NCBI GenBank assembly: GCA_002724675.1
Contig: PBPL01000255.1
Span: 23,553-87,552 of the forward strand
Direction of reading: 5' to 3'
From: Deltaproteobacteria bacterium
Lineage (GTDB): Bacteria > Myxococcota_A > UBA796 > UBA9615
DNA length: 64,000 nucleotides
Shown here: positions 57,828-64,000 of the stretch, piece after piece
Numbering within the stretch: the stretch's first letter is position 1
How the letters are laid out: every line of letters begins with the position of its first letter
Notes under the pieces: generated by a model
The model's input: the letters and a program-made list of their open reading frames with translations, nothing else
What the model was told of the DNA's origin: nothing
Database searches by the model: none
Translations under genes and position numbers: made by a program

Positions 57828-58870
57828 GCGACCCGATCCTGTTCACCCGGGACCTGTGGGTTCGTGTCCACGATCCGAACGGTGGTGGCAGCCCCATCGC
57901 CGTCGTCCGTGGGGCGAACATCGAGTTGCAGCGAGGAGCAACCACTTGTTTGGTGGGGGAGTCGGGCTCGGGAAAGACCGTCCTGATGCGGGCCTTGCTC
58001 GGCATCAGCGGTGCACGCCCCGGGGTGACCGCCGGCACTGCCTGGGCCCGCCCCGACGGCAGCGAATTTCCAGTGCCACTCGTTGGCCCACGCAAGCGCT
58101 GGAGAGGTCGCGCGCTCCCCTCCCTGAGGCCAGGCTGGGCGGGGTACGTCTTCCAACATCCCTCCCACTCGCTCGACCCGCTCCTTCGCGTGGGAGACCA
58201 GGTGGGCGCATCCGTAACAATCGCCCACAGCGGCCTGACTCCAGCGGCGGTCAAGCGGCGCGTGCTCCACTGGCTTGAGACCGTCCACCTGCCCAACCCG
58301 GAGGCGGTGGCCCAACTCTTCCCCCATGAACTATCCGGAGGCATGGCGCAGCGGGTGGCGATTGCCATCGCGCTCGCCACGGAGCCCGACTTGCTGGTTG
58401 CCGACGAGCCAACCACCGGACTGGACTGGTCGGTGCGGCGCGACATTGTCGACCTGCTGGGAGAGCTGTGCCGGGCGCGCGGGATGTCCCTCTTGCTGAT
58501 CTCGCACGACTTCCAGGTGGTCGAGCACATCGCCGACCAGCTCTACGTCATGTTCCGCGGCGAGCTGGTGGAGGATGGCCCGCGCAGGGCATTCTTCGAG
58601 CCAGGACCTGGTTCACACCCCTACACAAGAGAGCTGCAGGCTCGATCGAGGGCGCTGGAAGAGGGCTCGTCTCCACCGCGACTCCACCTGGCCGAACAGC
58701 CCACGAGTTCTGGCGCCGGCTGTGTCTATGCCCATCGGTGCCCGTGGATCCGCGAGCCCTCGCCCGAGCGTAGCGCGCTGGGAGAGCGGTGTCGTAGCGT
58801 GCGCCCCCCCGACTTCAGACCCAGCAGCGACCATCGGGTGCGCTGCATTGCGGTAGGAGAGCCCACATGA
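57824..58870 (+). CDS. ABC transporter ATP-binding protein (DppD/OppD-like)
   Basis: Walker A GESGSGKT, signature LSGGMAQRV, Walker B LLVADEPT. A C-terminal oligopeptide-type extension with Cys. Confidence 0.85.
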   Translation: MSDPILFTRDLWVRVHDPNGGGSPIAVVRGANIELQRGATTCLVGESGSGKTVLMRALLGISGARPGVTAGTAWARPDGSEFPVPLVGPRKRWRGRALPSLRPGWAGYVFQHPSHSLDPLLRVGDQVGASVTIAHSGLTPAAVKRRVLHWLETVHLPNPEAVAQLFPHELSGGMAQRVAIAIALATEPDLLVADEPTTGLDWSVRRDIVDLLGELCRARGMSLLLISHDFQVVEHIADQLYVMFRGELVEDGPRRAFFEPGPGSHPYTRELQARSRALEEGSSPPRLHLAEQPTSSGAGCVYAHRCPWIREPSPERSALGERCRSVRPPDFRPSSDHRVRCIAVGEPT

Positions 58871-59853
58871 GCGCCCAGAACGCTTCGAGCAGCTTGGTTC
58901 TCCAGGCCAAGGGACTCTCCCATCGCTTCCCTGGAGGGGTGGCTGCGGTCAATGGGGTGGACCTCGAGATCCGGGAGGGCGAAGTGGTGGGGCTCGTGGG
59001 CGAGTCTGGTTCGGGCAAGACCACCCTAGGCAAGCTGCTCCTCCACATCATCCCGCCAGACACGGGTCGAGTGGCCTTCGAGGGTCAGGACCTCGCAGAG
59101 CTCAGTCCCAGAGAGCGTCGAAGAACCCGCAGCCGCATGCAAATGATCTACCAAACCGCTGCCGCGAGCCTCAACCCGGGCCTGACGGTAGGACAACACC
59201 TCGAGGAGACCGTGCGCCTGCACCGACCGGAGGATGCGCACCGTGCAGATGCCCTCGTGGACGAGACGCTGACAGCGTTTCGACTCAATGGCAAGCGGGC
59301 GCTACATCCGAGCCAGTTGTCCGGTGGCGAGCAACGCCGGGTAGTGGTTGCTCGCAGCCTTCTGCCCCGACCCAGCCTGCTGGTAGCGGACGAGCCCACG
59401 GCGGGGCTGGATGCCTCGGTCAAAGCGGATGTCATCGACCTACTCCGCAACGCCCGCGGCGGTCGAACAGCCTTCCTCTTCATAAGCCACGAGCTCGACG
59501 TAGTCCGCTACGTGGCGGACCGCGTCTTGGTCATGTACCGCGGCCGGATTGTGGAGTGCATGCCTGCGGCCGCCCTCGATCCACGGGACACCGAGGTTGA
59601 CCATCATCCCTACACTGAACGCCTACTCTCGGCAGCCTTCAAGGCAACTCGTCGCGTGGAATCACCGATGATCCGGCCCACAGAGGACCTCTTCAAGGCC
59701 GGCTGCTCCTATCGCGCGGCCTGCCACCGAACCGAACCCGACGACCCCAGCTGGTCGCGCTGCTCCCAACACACCCCCGACTTGATCCCGCTACGAGCTG
59801 GACATCGAGTCTCGTGCCACGTGGTGGCACCTTCCCCAACGGAGGCCTCCTGA
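58867..59853 (+). CDS. ABC transporter ATP-binding protein (DppF/OppF-like)
   Basis: GESGSGKTTLGK, LSGGEQRRV, LLVADEPT. ATGA coupling. Confidence 0.85.
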   Translation: MSAQNASSSLVLQAKGLSHRFPGGVAAVNGVDLEIREGEVVGLVGESGSGKTTLGKLLLHIIPPDTGRVAFEGQDLAELSPRERRRTRSRMQMIYQTAAASLNPGLTVGQHLEETVRLHRPEDAHRADALVDETLTAFRLNGKRALHPSQLSGGEQRRVVVARSLLPRPSLLVADEPTAGLDASVKADVIDLLRNARGGRTAFLFISHELDVVRYVADRVLVMYRGRIVECMPAAALDPRDTEVDHHPYTERLLSAAFKATRRVESPMIRPTEDLFKAGCSYRAACHRTEPDDPSWSRCSQHTPDLIPLRAGHRVSCHVVAPSPTEAS

Positions 59854-60974
59854 TGCCCTTCCGAGTCTTGCGACTCCTGTCCTTCCTGGCGGTCGCGTCT
59901 TGCCTCGCGGTGGCAGTGCCATCGCGCGCCGATGCCAACGAGGCACGGGTCGTCTCGCCCGAACACACAGGCAATGCCATGGACCCTCAGTGGTCCCCCG
60001 ACGGCCAGAAGATTGCCTACGAAGTTGCCAACAGCCAGGACAAGTTCACAGATCTGTACGTGCTGACCATGGGTGCTGGCGAGGAGCGCATTCGCCCTTC
60101 CGCAGGCGCCAGCGGGCTTTCCGGGCGCTTCGTACAGCAAAAGCAGGTGAACCATGAGTTCGCCTGGTCTCCGAGCAATCAGCTCTACGCTTTCGCCTCC
60201 AGTGGTTCCAACAACGACTTCGACCTCTATCTTCGAGGGGTGACCGTGCCCATCGGGACTCCCCAAAAGGAAGGAGGGGCTGCGTTCTCGTCGGATGGCC
60301 GAAAGATCGCCTACTGTTCGGCGGTGTCTGGCGAGGGGGACCTCTACCTGCTGGACATCTACGCCCTCGAAAAGGAGCCAAAACGACTCACCTTCGCAGA
60401 AGGGCTGGACTTCTACGCCACTTGGTCGCCGTCAAGCCAGCAGTTGGCCTATGCGGCGATGAGTGAGGACGGTGCCAACATCCACGTGATTGATGACGTG
60501 GCGAATCCGAGGTCATCGGACCGGGCACTGACGAGCTGGAAGTCCAACCAGATCAAGCCGGCCTGGTCGCCGGATGGAAACTGGATCGCGTTCTTCTCGA
60601 ACCACGGACAGCAGGACCACACGCAGTTTGACGCCTACGTCGTGCCGAGTGTGGGAGGACAGCCATTCCGGGTAGCCACCAACGTCGTGCCACCCGAACG
60701 ACGTGGGCCGACTTGGACCCCGGACAGCAAGAGTATTGTGCTCGTACGGAATGACCCCAATCTCGGCGATCCCCTGATCCGCATCGACATGACGACCGGA
60801 AGCGAAGAGATCCTGCCCACAGGAACGGTGAACAACGCGGAGCCCAACTTGTTCGACAACAAAGCTGCTGGAACCTGGAAGGTCAGCTTCGTTTCCCAGG
60901 GAAAGCGTGGATCGAAGGCGCAGAAGTGGCGCCGGATCTGGGTCTACGAGATGAAGGCGGCATCAAGGCCGTGA
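59853..60974 (+). CDS. Secreted TolB-like PD40 beta-propeller protein
   Basis: Signal peptide LLSFLAVASCLAVAVPSRA. Repeated WSPDG/YSPDG-type PD40 motifs (WSPDGQKIAY, WSPSNQLYAF, WSPSSQQLAY, WSPDGNWIAF, WTPDSKSIV). ATGA coupling to the upstream ATPase. Confidence 0.7.
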   Translation: MPFRVLRLLSFLAVASCLAVAVPSRADANEARVVSPEHTGNAMDPQWSPDGQKIAYEVANSQDKFTDLYVLTMGAGEERIRPSAGASGLSGRFVQQKQVNHEFAWSPSNQLYAFASSGSNNDFDLYLRGVTVPIGTPQKEGGAAFSSDGRKIAYCSAVSGEGDLYLLDIYALEKEPKRLTFAEGLDFYATWSPSSQQLAYAAMSEDGANIHVIDDVANPRSSDRALTSWKSNQIKPAWSPDGNWIAFFSNHGQQDHTQFDAYVVPSVGGQPFRVATNVVPPERRGPTWTPDSKSIVLVRNDPNLGDPLIRIDMTTGSEEILPTGTVNNAEPNLFDNKAAGTWKVSFVSQGKRGSKAQKWRRIWVYEMKAASRP

Positions 60975-61330
60975 TTCGAAACACGACCCGCGGAACCATT
61001 CTGGCCACTCGGGAGGAGTGGGCTCGAGATCCAGCATCCCGAGCCCGAGGTCTCCTGGGACGCACGTGCCTCGAGGATGGCGAAGCCCTCATCCTGTCTC
61101 CTTGCAACTCCATTCACATGTTTCTCATGAAGTTTGCGATTGATGTGGTGTTCGTCGCCGAAGACGGTCGCGTGATCCGGACGATTGAGGCGCTCAAGCC
61201 GTGGCGCTTCACCCGCATCCACTTCGGCGCACGACACACCATCGAGCTACCCGTGGGCGTGGTTGCGAGCACCGGGACAACCCGTGGCGACATGCTGAGT
61301 CTCTCTGACAACCCGCCCAAGGACCCATGA
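60971..61330 (+). CDS. DUF192 (COG1430) family protein
   Basis: …ARGLLGRTCLEDGEALILSPCNSIHMFLMKFAIDVVFVAEDGRVIRTIEALKPW… fits the DUF192 pattern. GTG start in a GTGA overlap. Confidence 0.6.
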   Translation: MIRNTTRGTILATREEWARDPASRARGLLGRTCLEDGEALILSPCNSIHMFLMKFAIDVVFVAEDGRVIRTIEALKPWRFTRIHFGARHTIELPVGVVASTGTTRGDMLSLSDNPPKDP

Positions 61331-61332
61331 GT

Positions 61333-61395
61333 GTCAAGAAAAAGTCAAGAAATGTCGACAAATCGATTGACCGGGCGCCTCGCTGGCAGTAGTTT
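61333..61395 (+). promoter_or_regulatory. Putative promoter/operator region: direct repeat GTCAAGAAA x2, palindromes TGTCGACA and AATCGATT, then a TTGACC-N17-TAGTTT sigma70-like promoter
   Basis: Repeats at 61333–61341 and 61344–61352. Palindromes at 61353–61360 and 61361–61368. -35 at 61367–61372 and -10 at 61390–61395. The region is AT-rich relative to the window. Confidence 0.35.
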
Positions 61396-61450
61396 CCAGT
61401 GGTGACTGCCCCATTTAGGTTCAACTCCTAGGAACAGCAGAGGCCACGTC

Positions 61451-63604
61451 TTGATCCACCCTCCGTATCGCACAACAGCACTCCTTGCACTCCTCGCACT
61501 GCTGGGTTGCTCCGAAAACAATGGCAGTGTGCCGTGGGGTGACCGTGGTGGGAGCGTGGGTGGCGACAACGGCGGCGAAGCCAACTCCGGCGAAACCGGC
61601 AGCGACGAAGGGGCCCCTGGCACGGCGGGGAACGTAACGGTGTCGCCCGACCTCAACCTGATCGAGAATGATCCTTGCTTCGTGTCTGCAGAGACCCCCG
61701 AGGAATTCGACGACAGCCTCGCCACCATCGTCTTTCATGTCCAGTGCGACCCCAACTCTGTGGACCTCACAGTCGGACAGGTGGTCGTCGGCGAGACTGA
61801 CGGAGGGTATCTCCGGCGAATCGAGAGTCTGGAAATCCAGGACAGCCGAATCGTGACGCAGACCAGCTTGGTCTCCCTCGCAGAGGTCTTGCAGAACACG
61901 CGAATCACCGAGACGCTTCCACTGGACACGGGTGCCCGGACCACCCTCAACTTCGACGACACGACGCTCTACGCGGACGACGACTTCTTCGTGAAGCTCA
62001 AGCGCGGAAACCTCGAGTTCGATCCCGACATGTTCATCGACTGGGAGTTTGATGCCCTCGACCTCACCTACGGCCACCTCCAGATCGACCTGGACATGGA
62101 GGTGGATATGGAGTTGTTCCTACGGAGCAACAACGGCATGCAGTTCAGCCACATGCTGCCCCTGGGCCAGTTGTCCTACCCGTTCACCTTCGCCGCCGGG
62201 CCCGTTCCAGTGGTCGGCGAGTTGAAGGTGGAGCTGCAGGCTGGATTCTGGACCATGGCGCCTGGGGCCGTGGACGTCACAGCGGGCAGCCAGGGCGGCG
62301 GAAAGGTCAGGACCGGCGCGATCTATCACGAAGAGAGCGGCTGGACGAACCTCTCTGAGATTGACTGGGCCACCGAGGCAGGCGAGTTCGACGTCGAGGT
62401 CGTGACGGACTGGAATGGCAAGCTGCGCATTCGCGCACAGGGAAGCGTGAGCTTGTACAAGACACTCACCGGGACCGCGCGCGCCGAACCGTACATTAGG
62501 GGCCACGCAGAGGCGGCCTGCGAAGACCTCAACTACGACTTTCACGCAGGGCTAGACACCCGGTTCCTCGCCAAGTACCAAATCCTCAAGAAGTGGGGAG
62601 TCGAGCGTCACTTCCCGGTCAAGAAGTGGGAAGTGCCCCTCTACGAAAACTCGATTCCGTGGCCATGGACGACAGAAGCAGGCTGCGGCCAGACCTCGGT
62701 CACCTGCGGCGAGACTGTCTCCTACAACACGACGAGTATCGGCTCCACCTCTCAGCTGGAGAACTATTCTTGTGGCTCGCTGCCCTTTGATGGGTCCGAG
62801 TACGTGTATTGGTTCAATGCGGCCAGCGATGTTCCCGTACAGGTGGAGGCTCATCTCAACTACGACAACGCCATCTGGGATGACGAGTCCTTCATGGAGG
62901 TGGGTCGCAAGTTGTTCGTGCTCGAAGACCACGGCGAGGGACCTGATGCCAACTCGTGCATCTCCTGGAGCACTGGGGCCGATACTTCCTTCGTGGCGAC
63001 AGCCGGAACGAGCTACTGGCTCGCCGTGGACAGCGCCGCCGGTGACGGCGGCACCTACGACCTGACGGTCAGCTGTGCCCCAGTGGTGGAGGATTGCGGA
63101 AACGAGCTCGACGACGACGCCGACGGCGCCGTGGACTGCAGCGACGACGACTGCGACGATGACTCCAACTGCAACGTGGACAATGGGGACGACGACGACG
63201 ACGACGATAACCCCGGCGACACGTTTGCACCCGGTGGCACGATCGCTTGCGGCGACTCCCTGACAGACAACACCGCCCTCAGCCCGCTGACAACCGACGC
63301 CATCGACGCCTACACCTGCAACGTGGGCAATTATTCGGGGCCCGAATTGGCGTGGCAATGGACCGCCACCACCAGCGGACCGGTCGTCTTTAGCCTTCAG
63401 AATGCACACCCCACCGAGGTCAACCACGACCTGATGGTCCTCCACGGATCCGACCCGGCGCAGCCCCCAGGAGATCAGTGCGTTGCTTGGGGCCTCAACG
63501 AGGTGGAATTCGAGGCGACCGCTGGCCAGGTGTACACCCTAGTGGCCGATGGCTACGACGGGGACTCGGGCCCCGTTGAGGTCACACTGGACTGCACACC
63601 CTAA
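61451..63604 (+). CDS. Large secreted lipoprotein (717 aa) with two C-terminal PPC-like (pre-peptidase C-terminal-like) domains separated by a poly-Asp/Cys linker
   Basis: Lipobox LLGCSE. An internal duplication: …YSCGSLPFDGSEYVYWFNA…TAGTSYWLAVDSAAGDGGTYDLTVSCAP versus …YTCNVGNYSGPELAWQWTA…TAGQVYTLVADGYDGDSGPVEVTLDCTP. Linker CSDDDCDDDSNCNVDNGDDDDDDDN. Confidence 0.6.
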   Translation: MIHPPYRTTALLALLALLGCSENNGSVPWGDRGGSVGGDNGGEANSGETGSDEGAPGTAGNVTVSPDLNLIENDPCFVSAETPEEFDDSLATIVFHVQCDPNSVDLTVGQVVVGETDGGYLRRIESLEIQDSRIVTQTSLVSLAEVLQNTRITETLPLDTGARTTLNFDDTTLYADDDFFVKLKRGNLEFDPDMFIDWEFDALDLTYGHLQIDLDMEVDMELFLRSNNGMQFSHMLPLGQLSYPFTFAAGPVPVVGELKVELQAGFWTMAPGAVDVTAGSQGGGKVRTGAIYHEESGWTNLSEIDWATEAGEFDVEVVTDWNGKLRIRAQGSVSLYKTLTGTARAEPYIRGHAEAACEDLNYDFHAGLDTRFLAKYQILKKWGVERHFPVKKWEVPLYENSIPWPWTTEAGCGQTSVTCGETVSYNTTSIGSTSQLENYSCGSLPFDGSEYVYWFNAASDVPVQVEAHLNYDNAIWDDESFMEVGRKLFVLEDHGEGPDANSCISWSTGADTSFVATAGTSYWLAVDSAAGDGGTYDLTVSCAPVVEDCGNELDDDADGAVDCSDDDCDDDSNCNVDNGDDDDDDDNPGDTFAPGGTIACGDSLTDNTALSPLTTDAIDAYTCNVGNYSGPELAWQWTATTSGPVVFSLQNAHPTEVNHDLMVLHGSDPAQPPGDQCVAWGLNEVEFEATAGQVYTLVADGYDGDSGPVEVTLDCTP

Positions 63605-63611
63605 CGATCAC

Positions 63612-64000
63612 TTGAAAAAGTCGAGTCGAGTCCGAGCGCCTTGGGCGCTGACCTCTGTGTCGCTAATGGCGTTGTGCGCGGGCACGGGCTGCATCCAAGG
63701 CCAACCCAACACCGACGGTGCCGGCGGCACGGCTGGTGGTGGAGGGGACCAGGAAGCCGCAGCCCCACCCCAATCCATCGAGCTCGCCGAACTGAGGTCC
63801 CTCGACGTTCAAAGCAATCTAGGCTCTGTGGTGGTCCGGGGACTCGCCAACGCGGAGAGCATTTCCATCCGAGCCGTGCAGGCAGGGGAGGGGGAACTGG
63901 GAGAGGCGCTGACGAGTGGGTACAGCGTCCAAATCTACGACTCCCGCGTGGTGGTTGTCGTCGGCGAGGCTGCAGACCTTGAAGGACCGGGCATTGATCT
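63612..64000 (+). CDS. Probable lipoprotein, 3'-partial (runs off the window), TTG start
   Basis: Frame from TTG at 63612: MKKSSRVRAPWALTSVSLMALCAGTGCIQGQPNTDG… with lipobox-like LCAGTGC. This is a different frame from the listed ORF 63641–63982. Confidence 0.35.
   Translation, partial: MKKSSRVRAPWALTSVSLMALCAGTGCIQGQPNTDGAGGTAGGGGDQEAAAPPQSIELAELRSLDVQSNLGSVVVRGLANAESISIRAVQAGEGELGEALTSGYSVQIYDSRVVVVVGEAADLEGPGID

Overview
This 64 kb window is very GC-rich (about 68–70% by eye, with strongly GC-biased third codon positions) and densely coding. Short start/stop overlaps (ATGA, GTGA, TTGA) join many neighbouring genes. I found no rRNA, tRNA, CRISPR array, transposase or integrase.

The content, in order along the window:
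- 2026–14006: a tightly coupled seven-gene MoxR AAA+ ATPase / DUF58 / von Willebrand factor A (VWA, BatA-like) cluster. It is extended by a DUF4175-like coiled-coil membrane protein and a secreted HExxH metallopeptidase-TPR protein.
- 14108–16376: rsmD-coaD-aminotransferase operon.
- 16387–17959: a Nudix hydrolase co-transcribed with an unusual MraZ/AbrB-like + ParB/Srx chimeric protein. Upstream of it lies a 500 bp intergenic region with an AT-rich island, a sigma70-like promoter and perfect palindromes.
- 21057–25083: a DExH helicase with a DUF1998 domain plus a DEDD-exonuclease/TPR gene, resembling the MrfA/MrfB pair.
- 25119–30879: two convergent cysteine-rich lipoproteins. One is a 1486 aa protein built from about 12 MopE-type metal-binding repeats plus a 7-repeat FG-GAP module.
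- 30960–33284: an RNHCP zinc-ribbon protein and a multi-pass membrane protein.
- 33418–46616: a housekeeping block: tilS, ftsH, folP, cdaA, cdaR, glmM, pdxJ, nnr, tsaE, a ComEA-like helix-hairpin-helix protein, IscS/NifS and mnmA.
- 46715–54314: lipoproteins and two tandemly duplicated receptor-type Ser/Thr kinases.
- 54324–61330: a Dpp/Opp-type ABC importer coupled to a PD40 beta-propeller protein and a DUF192 protein.
- 61451–64000: a lipoprotein with two PPC-like domains and a partial lipoprotein gene at the window end.

The combination of eukaryotic-like kinases, MopE repeats and many lipobox lipoproteins suggests Myxococcota or a related lineage; that is inference only. All functional calls rest on motifs I read in the translated ORFs. 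None has been checked by a database search.
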